64,000 nt of DNA, from the NCBI RefSeq assembly GCF_009914755.1, contig NC_060942.1. One strand, written 5' to 3'. A program made the position numbers and the translations under genes. The DNA is from the human T2T-CHM13v2.0 reference genome, Homo sapiens. Below the pieces are notes generated by a model. It had not been told where the DNA came from. It did no database searches and saw nothing but the letters and a program-made list of their open reading frames with translations. Of this stretch, positions 1-14,939 are shown piece after piece. Each line of letters opens with the position of its first letter. The first letter of the stretch is position 1.

Positions 1-1236
1 GGACTGTGAGGCAGAAGCACCAGGTAACCTAAAAAGGAAAACTTATCAGATTAACAGCAGATTTGTCAGCAGAAACACTACAAGCTAGAAGGGATTGGGG
101 CCCTATCTTTAGCCTCCTTAAACAAAAGAATTATCACCCAAGAATGTTGTATTCAGTGAAACTAAGCTTCATAAATGAAAGAAAGATACAGTCTTTCTCA
201 GACAAACAAATGCTGAGAGAATTTGCCACTACCAAGCCAGCACTACAAGAACTGCTAAAAGGAGCTCTAAATCTTAAATCCTCAAAATACACCAAAATAA
301 CACCTCCTTAAAGCATAAATCTCACAGGACCTATAAAACAAAAACACAGTAAAAAACCAAAACAAAACAAGGTATTCAGGCAACTAATAGCACGATGAAT
401 GGAATAATACCTCACATCTCAATATTAACATTGAATGTAAATGGCCTAAATGCTCCACTTAAAAGATACAGAATGGCAGAATGGATAAGAATTCTCCAAC
501 CAGTTATCTGCTGTCCTCAAGAGACTCACCTAACACATAAGGACTCACAAAAATTTAAGGTAAAGGGATGGAAAAAGATATTCCATGCAAATGGACACCA
601 AAAGTGAGCAGGAGTAGCTATTCTCGTATCAGACAAAACAAACTCTAAAGCAACAGCTGTTAAAAAAGACAAAGAGGGACATTATATAATGATAAAAGGA
701 CTTGTCCAGCAGGAAAATATCACAATCCTAAATATATATGCACCTAACACTGGAGTTCCCAAATTTATAAAACAATTACTACTAGACCTAAGAAATGAGA
801 TTGACAGCAACACAATAATAGTGGGGGACTTCAACATCCACTGACAGCACTAGACAGATCATCAAGACAGAAAGTCATTTATATCCTAAAACAAATGGAC
901 TTAACAGATATTTACAGAACATTCTACCCAACAACTGCAGAATATACATTCTATTCATGAGCACATGGAAAATTCTCCAAGATAGACCATGATAAGCCAC
1001 AAAACAAGTCTCAATAAATTTAAGAAAATTGAAATCATATCAAGTACTCTCTTAGACCACAGTGGAATAAAATTGGAAGTCAATTCCAAAATGAATCCTC
1101 AGAACCATGCAAATACATGGAAATTAAATAACCTGCTCCCGAATGATCACTGGGTCAACAATGAAATCAAGATGGAAATTAAAAAATTATTTGAACTGAA
1201 CGATAATAGTGACACCACCTATCAAAACCTCTGGGA

Positions 1237-1549
1237 CTCACGCCTGTAATCCCAGCACTTAGGGAGGCCGAGGCAGGTGGATCACGAGGTCAGTAGTTTA
1301 AGACCAGCCTGGCCAAAATGGTGAAACCCTGTCTCTACTAAAAATACAAAAAAATTAGCTGGGCATGGTGGCGGGCACCTGTAATCCCAGTTACTGGGGA
1401 GGCTGAGGCAGATAATTGCTTGAACCTGGGAGGCAGAGGTTGCAGTGAGTCGAGATCTCACCACTGATCTCCAGCCTGGGCGACAGAGCAGACTCTGTCT
1501 CAAACAAACAAACAAACAAACAAACAAACAAAAACACCAACCAAACAAA
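1237..1549 (+). mobile_element. AluS (Sg-like), slightly 5'-truncated, inserted in L1 ORF2
   Basis: Alu dimer with (CAAA)n tail; perfect 13-bp TSD aaaacctctggga at 1224-1236 and 1550-1562. Confidence 0.95.
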
Positions 1550-4030
1550 AAAACCTCTGGGATATGGCAAAGGCAGAATAAGAGGAAAGTTCATAGCCTT
1601 AAAAAATGCCAACATCAGAAAGTCTGAAAGAGCACAGACAATCGAAGGTCACACCTCAAGGAAGTAGAGAAACAAGAACAAACCAAACCCAAACCCAGCA
1701 CAAGAAAAGGAATAACACAGATCAGAGCAGAACTACATGAAATTGAAACACAAAAACAACACAAAAGATAAATGAAACAAAAAGCTGAAAAGTTCTTTGG
1801 AAAATAAAATTGATAGACTAAATTAGTGAGATTAACCAAGAAAAGAAAAGATCCAAATAAGCTCAATTAGAAACTAAATGGGAGATATTACAACCAATAC
1901 CACAGAAATGCAAAAGATTATTCAAGGCTACTATGAACACCTTTATGTGCATAAACTAGAAAACCTAGAGGACATAGATACATTTCTGGAAATATACATC
2001 CCTCCTAGATTAAACCAGGAAGAAATAGGAACTCTGAACAAACCAAGAACAAGCAGCTAGATTGAAATGGTAATGAAAAAATTGTCAACAACAAAGAAAA
2101 GCCCTGGATCAGACGGATTCACAACTGAATTCTATCAGACATTCAAAGAAAAATTGATACCAATCCTATTGACACTATTCCAAAATACAAAGAAAGAGGG
2201 AATCCTCCCTACATCATTCTATGAAGCCAGTAATACCCTAATGCCAACACCAGGAAAGGACATAACAAAAAAATAAAACTACAGGCCAATATCCCTGATG
2301 AATATAGATGCAAAAATCCTTAACAAAATACTAGCTAACTGAATCCAACAGCATGTAAAAAAGATACTCCACTATGATCAAGTGGGTTCACACCAGGGAT
2401 GCAGGGATGGTTTAGGTTTAACACATGCAAGTAAATAAATGTGATACACCACATAAACAGAATAAAAACAAAAATCACATGAGCATCTCAATAGATGCAG
2501 AAAAAGCACTGGACAAAACCCAGCATCCCTTTATGATTAAATCCCTCAGCAAAATAGGCATAGAAGAGACATACCTGAATGTAATAAAAGCCATCAATGA
2601 CAAACCCACAGCCAACATAATACTAAATGGGGAAAAGTTGAAAGCATCTCCCCCGAGAATAGAACAAGACAAGGATGCCCACCCTCACTACTTCTATTCA
2701 ACATAGTGCTGGAAGTCCTAGCCAGAGCAGTCAGACAAGAGAAAGAAATAAAGGCATCCAAATTGGTAAAGAAGAAGTCAAACTGTCACTGTTTGCTGAT
2801 GATATGATCATATACCTAGAAAACCCTAAAGACTCCCCCCAAAAGCTCCTAGAACTGATGGAATTCAGCAAAGTTTCAGAATACAAAATTAATGCACCCA
2901 AGTCAGTAGCTCTGCTATACACCAACAGCAACCAAGCTGAGCATTAAATCAACAATTCAATCCCTTTTACAATAGCTGCAAAAAATAAAAATAAAAAATA
3001 AAATACTTAGGAATATACCTAACTAAGGAGGTGAAAGACTTCTAGAAGGAAAACTACAAAACACTGCTGAAAGAAATCATAGATGACACAAACAAATGGA
3101 AACACATCCCATGCTCATAGATGGGTGGAACCAATATTGTGAAAATGATCATACTGCCAAAAGCAATCTACAAATTCAATGCAGTTTCCATCAAAATACT
3201 ACCATCATTCTTCACAGAACTAGAAAAAGCAATCCTAAAATTCATATGGAACCAAAAAAGAGCTTGCATAGCCAAAGCAAGACTAAGCAAAAAGAACAAA
3301 TCTGGAGGTATCACATTATCTGCTTCAAACTATCCTACAAGGCCATAGTCACCAAAATAGCATGGTACTGGTATAAAAATAGGCAAATAGACCAATGGAA
3401 CAGAATAGAGAACCCAGAAATAAACCCAAATACCTGCAGCCAACTGATCTTTGACAAAGAAAACAAAAACATGGAGTGGGGAAAGAACACCCTATTTAAC
3501 AAATCGTGCTAGGATAATTGGCAAGCCACATGTGGAAGAATGAACCTGGATCCTCACCTTTTGCATTATACAAAAATCAACTCAAGATGGATCAAGATTT
3601 AAATCTAAGACCTGAAACCATAAAAATTATAGATGATAACCTTGGAAAAACCCTTCTAGACATTAGCTTAGGCAAAGACTTCATGACCAAGAACCCAAAA
3701 GCAAATGCAACAAAAACAAAGACAAATAGATGGGACTTAATTAAACTAAAAAGCTTCTGCATAGCAAAAGAAACAATCAGCAGAGTAAACAGACAACCCA
3801 CAGAGTGGGAGAAAATCTTCACAATCTATGCATCTGACAAAGGACTAATATCCAGAATCTACAAGGAGCTCAAACAAGTTAGCAAGAAAAGTATCAACAG
3901 TCCCATCAAAAAGTGAGCTAAGGACATGAATAGACAATTCTCAAAAGAAGATACACAAATGGCCAACAAACATATGAAAACATGCTCAGCATCACTAATT
4001 ATCAGGGAAATGCAAATCAAAACTACAATG

Positions 4031-4405
<375 letters not shown>

Positions 4406-5057
4406 TTACATGGTTGGTGGGAATGTAGACTAGTACAGCCACTGTGGAAAACAGTGTGGAGATTCCTTAAAGAACTGAAACCATCTGATCCAGCAATCCC
4501 ACTACTGGGTATCTACCCAGAGGAACGGAAGTCATTATAAGAAAAAGATACTTGCACACACATGTTTATAGCAGCACAATTTGCAATTGCAAAAATATGG
4601 TACCAGCCCAGATGCCCATCAATCAACGAGTGGATAAAGACATTGTGTTATATATACACCACGGAATACTACTTAGCCATAAAAATTAATGAAATAATGG
4701 CATCTGCAGCAACCTGGATGGAACTGGAGAGCATTATTCTAAGTGAAGTAACTCAGGAATGGAAAAACCCAACATCGTATGTTCTTATAGGTGGGAACTA
4801 AGCTATGAGGAAACAAAGGCATTAGAAGGATACAATGGACATGGGGGAGTCAGGGGATGGGGGGGAGGGGGTGAGGGATAAAAGACTATAAATCGGGTGC
4901 CATGTACACTGCTTGGGTGATGGTGCACCAAATCTCAGAAATCACCACTAAAGAACTTACTCATGTAACCAAAACCACCTGTTTCCCAAAAACCTAGGGA
5001 AATACAAAATAAAAATACAAATAAATTTATAAAACAAATAAATATTACTAATAATGA

Positions 5058-5432
<375 letters not shown>

Positions 5433-5787
5433 TAAATGTCTTGGTAAATATATCTAGATCATAATGGTATGTGTGAAATTGTGTATAGCTTTGAAAATAA
5501 AACAAAAAAAGACAGAGAAAAGAACTGGGGAATTTAAACCTAAAAACACAAACAAATTTACATCTTATCAAAAATAAAATGTATGCCTGCATTATATGCA
5601 GCATAGAAAAAAATGAAGGAAAAGGCGTATTTGCTGTCTTTAAATCAAATTTATCAAACTGGTCTGATTTGTTTCATCACTTTGATTATATGAACTTAGT
5701 TTCTTATAGAAAAAAATGCTATGAGGGATAGCAATTTTGAGGAGAAATATTTTTTCTTGGAAGGCTAACACATTTAAAATATTAGAA

Positions 5788-5926
5788 GGCCAGGTATGGT
5801 GGCTCATACCTGTAATCCCAGCTCTTTAGGAGACTGAGGTGGGAGCATCACTTGAGGCCAGGAGCTCAAGACCAGACTGGGCAACATAGCAAGATCCCAT
5901 GTCTAAAAAAAAATAAAAATAAAAAA
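5788..5926 (+). mobile_element. Free left Alu monomer (FLAM-like)
   Basis: Single left monomer plus A tail, flanked by perfect TSD taaaatattagaa (5775-5787, 5927-5939). Confidence 0.88.
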
Positions 5927-6914
5927 TAAAATATTAGAAGTTCAGTTTCTATATTTTCTGGGGATTTTGAGGATATTAAATTCATATAAGCACTTATCAG
6001 CCATTCAGGACAAAGTTCCTTTATTGTAAGAAACTTTGTAATCTAATTTATTAATACATTGTTGATATAAGAAAAGATTTCAGACACGAGGAGAGGTAAA
6101 GGCTTTTCTCGGTTGGAGGCTCACAGACCCACTGAGTGCATGTAGCTTCTGCCATGCATCCTCAGCCACAGGCCACAGCCAACCCAGAAGCACCACTCAT
6201 GGGTCCAGATCCTAAAACCTGTTCTCTTTTCCAGGGGGCGCAGCACATCCTTCTGATGGAGTTGAGCTCACAGGAGGGCAGGAAGGAAAGAATAAGCCAG
6301 ATTTTCTGTCCTCTCTTAGTGGAGAATGGACCCCTCCTGCCCCAATAGGGACACATCCTGCCAGGGCAGACCTGCAAACCTGGCTGTCAGTCATTGCTGA
6401 GAGGACTTGCACATTGGATAGGGCCAAACCAGAACCAGAACCGAAGCAGGCCCCAAACCAGGAAGGAACACAGCAACACATGGTCAGGAATAAAGCAGCA
6501 TGGGGAGTCAGTGCGGGAAAGGGCTTGTGCCATGTGGGGCCCGCCGTGGGCCGAGACTGAGTGTGTCTGCAGCAGGTTCAGCAGCCTCGAGGCTCGTTGG
6601 CAGGTGGAGTTCTGTGGCTTTGCTGGGTGAGTTGCAGAGGCATCTTGGCGGGACCCCCAAAACCTTCAAACGAATTTGCAAAAAGATGAAAACATAACTT
6701 TCTACAAATATAGAGTGAACACGTGTCCTAGATTTAGTGAGCTCGTTAGCGAAGAGCCAGAAGGAGGCTGCAGCTCGTGCCCATGTTCCTCGTCTGAAAT
6801 ATCTTTCTGGTGGGCTGAGCTGCATTTGAGAGTTTACACAAGAAGTCACACTGACCATTCCTACAAGGTGGCAGAACATTCCAGAACTCCTTGACCACGT
6901 TCTCCACATGGGCC

Positions 6915-7423
6915 TGTGACAATGAAACAGCGAAAGAACAGACACAACTAGCTCCATTTTTGTTGAAGGGGCCTCTACCCACTCCTGCACGTAGGCTAGG
7001 ATAATTTTAGAGCACTGAGATAAAACACAAAAACAGTAATCATGTAGTTTTTGAAACTAACTCTGGGATTAAAAGGGAAGTATGTAAACAGCTAACTATG
7101 TTTTGTTAAGGATTTATAGAAACAGGGAGGTTTAGCTACTGTCACATGAGAGACCATTACTCATGGACAAAGAAGTTTTACAAACTTCCCCCAGACCCTT
7201 GTTGGCGCCCAGACAATTGCGGTTGTCAGCCCCCTCCTTTCCCTCTCACAGAGAAGACGAGGCAAAGCCCGCATGATTCTGAGATGGATCTCTGGGACGT
7301 TAGTTTCCACGTCTTCTCAGTTTGCTGACTCTCTGAGATAAAGTCGCCTTCCTTGCCCCAACTCTGTGTCTCTTGACTTATTGGCTGCCGTGCGGCCGGC
7401 AGAGCAAGTTTGGACTCAGTCAC
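6915..7423 (+). mobile_element. ERV1 MER4-group solo LTR (MER39-like)
   Basis: Starts TG; LTR-type blocks ctccattttt...cctgcacgtaggctagg and a 3' end cttattggctgccgtgcgg...tttggactcagtcac; 4-bp TSD ggcc (6911-6914, 7424-7427). Confidence 0.75.
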
Positions 7424-8576
7424 GGCCTCTCCGTGCACCTGACCTCAGTTAGAAGTGAAAGGGTTCCACCGTCCCTCATGGCTGCCCCTGTAGGAACAGC
7501 ACGTGGAGGAACCAGGTGGCTTTGGATCCTGCTCTCTGAAGCCCGCGTGGATTCTGAGGGTCCATTTGGAAGAGGATGCAAAGACTGCGTTGTCCGTGGT
7601 ATTTCCCATTTTCAGGGATATGAGGCCATCATCCAACAGAAGCACATACAGTCAGCCTCTGTCAGTGGAAAAGAGCCACAGTGAAGCGTGAAGCCTGCCC
7701 TGCTTTTTCACAGACAAATGTTAAGAACCCAATAAAGATCCTCTAAGTCTAAGTATTTGTAAGATGGGAAGTGCTCTCAAAACCTAAGGCTGAGGTCCAT
7801 GGAGCTGGGAGAGAGGGGGCAGGTAGACCCAAGCAACTGGAAAATGGGAAAACGTCACTGTACTAACATAAAAATCCAGCATGTGGATACATAGAGAAAA
7901 ATAAATTTATTTATACATGAAGTAATTTTATCCTTAGAGGCTTTAGCTGAGGCGTTCCTCCTGCTGTAGGGAGAAGGGGACTTGTTTCAGATGAACAGTG
8001 TCACTCTCTAAGGGCCACCTGGGCCTCAGCCTCAGCCGGTGTCCATGGGCACTTTGAGCCCTGGAGAGGTGGCCTCTCAGCCACCCACACTCCCACAGGC
8101 AGCAGTCACAAACTTGGGACAAAAAAATAAAAAACAACTGTGTGCAGCGCCAGAGAGAGCCCTGAGGAGGCTGACCCTGGACAGAGCCCACGCCTGGAGG
8201 AAGGGGCGGCAGAGGCCAGCCGCCTGCTTTCTGTTGCTTTTCCCTAGAGGGTGGCCTCAGTCCAAGCCAAGCAGAGGGAGCAAGAATCTGGACATCTGGA
8301 CAAAAAGCCACAGCTTATTGCCTCGAAGAGCCAAAGAACAGAATTTGGGCAGCTCAAAAATCCAGGAAAAGGAGAAAGCCAGAGAAGGGGAGTCCTACCT
8401 TCCGTGGTCACCTAAATCTCCTGGCACTAATAATCAGCACAGCCCTTATACTGGTTACCATTTTAATCCTAGGCTTGACTTATGTAGGAGGCCCCAGCCG
8501 GGCTGAAAGCAAAGTTGAGCAAAATTGGTCGGTCAGCCTCCCTACTGCCATGCCTCACGAGTTTTAAAAATCACAT

Positions 8577-9038
8577 TGTGAGCCTGAGTCAATCCTTCAA
8601 GACAGATCCTGAGTGGCTAACTGGTCCTAAATTCAAAATAGAGCCATGGAGCCATTTGCTGGAAAACCCACATGCTTGTGTAACTTTGGGACTTTCATAG
8701 CTCTCTGCTCCTGTTCACGCCACCTGAATCAACAGCTGCCAGGAAATCCCATGTCACCTCCTGGACCTTAACCCACAGACAGTACCTATGTTGACTAATC
8801 ATGACTAAACAAGCATTGGCCAATCAAAACTAAGCAAGTGTGCATCCCTCATTTGCATAAGCAGACCAGAGTGGGAACCTGGGTGGAAACCGTCTCTACA
8901 AGACAATGCTTCTCTTTGTTTTCTTGGAGCACACCGATGTTTTGTACCAAAGGCTGTGTTTCTCCAGTTTGCGAACTGCTCACTAGAATGAAGTCTTTCT
9001 TTTTTTAAAGAAAATCCTTTTTTGTAAACTTTTTGACA
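8577..9038 (+). mobile_element. ERV1-class solo LTR (subfamily unassigned)
   Basis: TG...CA ends; LTR-type block gagtggctaactggtcctaaattcaaaatagagcca; CCAAT box and octamer; near-TSD acat/atat. Confidence 0.65.
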
Positions 9039-9129
9039 ATATCAACATGGCCTAGCAGCATATCATGATGTGGTGATGTTATTTATTCTGAAATTAACTA
9101 TGCTGGGAGAAACTGGTTATTTGCAGAAA

Positions 9130-9413
9130 TTGAGTATATATACACATAGTGAAATGGTTACTATAGTCAAACAAATTAACATATCCGTCACCTTACGTAG
9201 TTACCCATTTTTTGTATGGCAAGAACACCTAAAATCTACTCTTTCAGCAAAAATTCCCAATATGGTGTGGTCTTATTTCTCCAGCTAATGCTGCTCATTA
9301 GCTCTCTGGACTGGCCTCCTCCTTACCTGCTTTGTCTCCCTTGGTGTACATCTCCCATTTCCTCCCCGGCCCTGGGAACCACCCTGTTATTCTCTAACTC
9401 TGTGCATTCGACT
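9130..9413 (-). mobile_element. L1MA-like 3' fragment
   Basis: Resembles reverse L1MA 3' end (tagtgaaatggttactatagtcaaacaaattaacatatcc...aaaatctactct). Confidence 0.7.
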
Positions 9414-10158
9414 GTGAGGAAACAGAGGCCACAGGAGTCTGAGTGACCTGCTGGGGTTGCTGGGTGAAGATGCTAGGATTTGGACTAAGGCCCTGACAGG
9501 GCTCCTAGGCCCCAGGAGATGGCATTTTGTCCTAAGCACAGATGTTGAAAGACAGTTTCTACATCTATATTAGATGTGTAAACTATATTTCATCAAAATA
9601 CAAGGGCTCCGAGAAAATTAGTCAATGGTTTGGGCTTTAGCAGGCATGTTTGGGTGGCACGCATCTCTATGCTAAGGTGGGAGCATGTCTCTGCTCGGTG
9701 TTGGTGGTGTGACCCACGAAGGCACAATCCTCACTCCGGCGAACACGGAGCCTATTGTGTGTGTGACGCCTGAACACTGCGAGTGGATTTAAAGGTGTAA
9801 TTGTGAAACTGAAAGTGTTACTATAGTTCAGCGATACATGAGGCAGGACTTGGAAAACAAATGACCAGCCTGAGAAACCATTTCAGGATTCCACGAGGAG
9901 CATGAGGAAGGGGCCAGCGACTGCTAGGCTGTGTGAGGTGGGCACAGGCATGCTTCACAGATTCTCACCTACGGGCAGTGCCTGGGACATGCGTTTCTCT
10001 ATGCTGTGAGCTCAGCAGCAGTCTCCACACTAGGGAATGGATCACTTAGCAAAATGTATAGATTTTTTTTCGACTAGGCCATATTTATAGTGGCTTTAAA
10101 AAATCATGTACACGTCTTATACCTTTAATTAATGTAAAGGCGTCACATACATATTTAA

Positions 10159-10698
<540 letters not shown>

Positions 10699-11408
10699 AT
10701 GATATGTTCAATTTTATCATATTTTAAAAAGTTTCTTCCTAAATGAATTTAATTTGAAGTGGGACAAAGAGAATTGAGTCTACATGAGCTATTTTCTATG
10801 TTCTCCTTTGTTTAGAGTTTCATAATTATCTCCCTGATGGAATACATAAATAATACTGACATTATTATCACATTGTAATTCTTCAGCTTTCATTGTTAAT
10901 TGCATTTGTCAGTGCCTTCAGTATATGAGACTATTGATCAAGCCATATAGGACATATAAATATGACTAAAGCTTCCAATGGTTTGTGAATGTTATGGGCA
11001 GAAGTTTGTTTCCAGGTTGAGATTATCTGTTGTCTGTCCCGGCAACCATAGGGTTGATTGAACAGAAAGAACTTAGCCTGAGGCCTGTTCCAGGGGCTCA
11101 GGGTGGGTGGCCCACGGTGAGAGGGCTACGGAGAGCCTGCGTGCCCTGCCCGGCACCTCGCACCCTCTGGGGTCCCAGCAGGCCCTCACCCCCTCAGAGG
11201 CACATCTTCCATTCGGTTCTCTTATCAGGCCTATTTCCAAAAAATGTTCTGAGACACTTTACAGTATTAAGACATATAGGAAAAAGGGCTCTCAGACAAA
11301 AATAGTCCAGAGACTTTTTGGAAAAAAGAAATGTAATTATTCCAGCCCCCTGGCATGTGGTCATTATTGCTTTTCTGCAGCAGGGGGGAGTAGTTATCTG
11401 TTTGTTTG

Positions 11409-11975
11409 ACAGCTTCATTAAGATGTAATTGATATACAGTCAACCTTTGCACAACACAGGTTTGAACTGCCAGGTCCAACTGACATGTGGATTTTCATTG
11501 GCCTCTGCCACCTCTGAGACAGCAAGACCAACCCCCTCCTCTTCCTCCTTCTCCTCCTCAGCCCACTCAATGTGAAGATGAAGAGGATGAAGACCTTTAT
11601 GATGGTCCACTTTCATTTAGTGAATAGTAAATATATTTTCTCTTCCTTATGATTTTTGAATAACATCTTTTCTCTAGCTCACTTTATTGTGATAATACAC
11701 TATATAATCTATATGACATACAGAATGTTCATTGACTGTTTATGTTACAGGTAAGTCTCCTTGGTAACAGTCAGCTATGAGTAGTTACATTCTGGAGGAC
11801 TCAAAAGTTATACTCAGATTTTCGACCACGTGGGAGGTTGGCGTCCCTACCCCCTACATTGTTCAAGGGCCAAGTGTACAATTAACTGCACACATGTAAG
11901 GTATGCAATTTGATGAGTTCTGACATTTGTATACACCAGTGAAACCATCACCACAATCAAGATAACGAACACAAA
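11409..11975 (-). mobile_element. Old L1M (MC/MD/ME) 3' fragment interrupted by Tigger2a
   Basis: Removing the Tigger joins agcttcattaagatgtaattgata to caattaactgcacac...gaaaccatcaccacaatcaag, which reads as a continuous L1M 3' end. Confidence 0.75.
11437..11876 (+). mobile_element. Tigger2a/MER28 (TcMar-Tigger) non-autonomous DNA transposon
   Basis: TIRs cagtcaacctttgcacaac and attgttcaagggccaagtg; TA on both sides; internal ctcaatgtgaagatgaagaggatgaagacctttatgat. Confidence 0.88.
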
Positions 11976-12039
11976 CCACAATTACTCATGGCCATTACTA
12001 CCAGATCACTCTTGCAGGAATACAGGGGAAAGACTGATT

Positions 12040-12775
12040 AAAGCCAAGTCACAGTGAGTTTCTAATTCATATCCACCAGGATGGCTGTAATAATAAAAAA
12101 AAAAAGCCAGATAATAACCAGTGTTGGTGAGGATGTGGAGAAATTAGAACCCTCGTACACTGCTGATGGGAATGTAAAATGGTGCAGCTGATTTGGAAAA
12201 CAGTCTAGCAGCTCCTCCGAAAGTTAAAGGTGGAGTTACCATATGACCCAGCAATTTCTTTCCTGGAGAACTGAAAACATATGTCCACATAAAAACTCAT
12301 ACTCGAATGTTCACAGCAGCATTATCCATGATAGCCAAAAAGTAGAACAACCCAAATGTCCATCAGCTGATGAATGGATAAACAAAATGCAGTGCATCCA
12401 TATTGTGGCATATTCAGCCACAGGCAGGAATGAAGGGCTGCCACGTGCTGCCACACAGACGGACCTTGAGAGCCTTGTGCTTGAGTCAATAAGCCAAAGT
12501 CCGCATGTTATATGACCCCACTTCTGTGAAATGTCTGCAATAGACGAATCCAGAGAGAGTAAATTCGAGGTTGCCTAGGGTGGGGGTTGGGGAGGGTGGT
12601 GAGTAGGGGAGGTAGGTAAAGGGCACAGGATTTCTTTTTGGGGTGAGATGACATATTCTGAAACTGAGTGTGGTGCTGGTTGCACAGCTCTGTGACACAG
12701 TAAAAACAATCAAATTACATGCTTTAAATGCGTGAATTGTGTGGCATGTGAATTATAGCTCGTTAAAGCTGTTCT
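12040..12775 (+). mobile_element. L1MB/ME 3' fragment
   Basis: L1 ORF2 end and 3'UTR motifs (gttggtgaggatgtggagaaatt, cccaaatgtccatcagctgatgaatggataaac). Confidence 0.85.
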
Positions 12776-13012
12776 TTACAAAAGAGGTGCTAATGACCGA
12801 TCACACCAATGAGTCTCCATGGCTGCTCTGCGAAGCCCTCTGTGCCCCAACCCATTTAGTGGCCCTAGTGATAGATGCTGCCATTTCTGTGTGAGAAAGC
12901 TTAGTGAGGTTCAGGAGCTTGTCCAACATCTTCCCATTTAGCCAGTAAGGGGCAGATCTGGTGATTAAAAAAACAAACCGAAAAAACCCTAGCTTTCTTA
13001 TGGTGTAATTGA

Positions 13013-13327
<315 letters not shown>

Positions 13328-13416
13328 AAACTGCCCCAATTTAAAGAGTACAACTGCCTAAGCTTGGGCACAGGTGTAACCCTGTGAAACCATCACCATA
13401 ATCAAGACAATCAACA

Positions 13417-13860
13417 TGTTGCAAAAGGGCCCCCAATTCACTCTGCCAAAAGGAAAAATACCAAGCTGAAAGCTGAGTCATTGAAGAAGCTGCCTTTCCT
13501 TTTATTCCTAAGCAGATAGCTACAGATAACAGGTTAAACGTCTCTGCAGGGAGCTACTCTATGTTCACCTTCTTTTATGTAAAGTGCTGGTTTACTTAGC
13601 AGGAGACCAGTACATACTTGACTATTGCCCTACCTGCTCCTTTTCTCTTGCAACATATGGATTACCATACCCCTCCTCTTTCCCCTCCAGCCCACTTTTC
13701 CCCTTTAAATATTAAAGCCTCAAAATCGTCTTTGGAAAAAGGCACAGACCACGGACTGCTTCTGGGATTCTGTCTTTTCTTCTGCCAGGCAGGTCCTTAA
13801 CCTTGGCAAAATAAACTTGTAAATTGATTGAGACCTGTTTCAGATACTTTTTCATTTACA
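13417..13860 (+). mobile_element. MER4-family (ERV1) solo LTR
   Basis: Characteristic MER4 3' end cttggcaaaataaacttgtaaattgattgagacctgtttcagatac...ttaca; probable 4-bp TSD acat. Confidence 0.85.
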
Positions 13861-14233
13861 ACATCCATCCCCCAGAGTTCCCTCCTGCCCAGTCCTAATC
13901 TCCAGCATCTCCCTGCCCCCCACCCTGTCCCCAAACAACTGGTGGTCTGTTTTCTCTCATTAGAGATTAGTTGGCATTTTTATATAAATGAAAACATACG
14001 GCATATTTCTTTTTTGTCTGGCTTTTAAAATTCCGTGGTGTTGTTTTGAAATTCTTCTGGGCCATACACAATATGCATGTCAATAAATCGTTCTTTCTGA
14101 TGACCAAGTAGTATTCCACTGTATTGATTATACCACAATTTCTCTATTCATCTATTGATTTGGTTGTCTACAGTTTGGGACTCTTACAAATATAGCTGCT
14201 ATGAACAATTGTGTACAAGTCTAAATGGATAAG

Positions 14234-14939
14234 CAGTCGTCCCCTCTTATCCATGGGGGATGCCTTCCAAGATGCCCCCCACAGTGGGTGGCTGAAACCT
14301 CCAGTAGTACTAAAGCTGACTGCCGGCCATTGGGACATGTCTCCACTGAGGACTTCCATCCACAAACTTAATGCTTTTTCCATCTTAGCCAAGCACGCAC
14401 TATACACTGTGGCTGTAACTTTTGCAGTTTGAGGAGCAATAGCAAAACTAGCATGAATTTCTTTTTTCTTCTTCACAATTTCACACACAGACGCTTTGTT
14501 CTTACTGTAGAGCTCAGTGTGTGATTTTTTTCTTTCCTTATTAAGTCAAAAACGTTCACCTTTTCATTTGAAGGAAGCAACTGATGGCTTCTCTTTGGCG
14601 TATCCGAATTGCCAGCACTACTACTCTTGCACTCTGGGGCCATTCTGAAGTAAGACAAGGGTGACTTGAGCACAAGCACTGTGGTACCGTGACACAAGTC
14701 GATCTCATCCCGAGACGGCTCCTAGGTGGCGATGACGGTACGGACATGCTGGAGAAAGGAAGGATTCACACCCCACCTGGGACCGAGCGGGACAGGGCAA
14801 GCTGAGCGACGGTACTCAGAATGACATGGAATTTAAGACATGAATTGTTTATTTCTGGAATTTTCCATGTAACATTTTCAGACCACAGGTGACTGTGGGT
14901 AACTGAAAGTGCAGAAACAGAGATAAGGTGTGGCTGCTG
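14234..14939 (-). mobile_element. MER44 (Tigger7-derived) DNA transposon
   Basis: TIR-like ends cagtcgtcccctcttatcc and gataaggtgtggctgctg; gaattgtttatttctggaattttccat is the reverse of the MER44 5' region. Confidence 0.85.

Noticed and set aside
6508-7691. Processed pseudogene interrupted by the LTR
   Set aside because: The frame reconstructed after LTR removal has an internal stop and matches no protein I recognise; no poly(A) tail or TSD.
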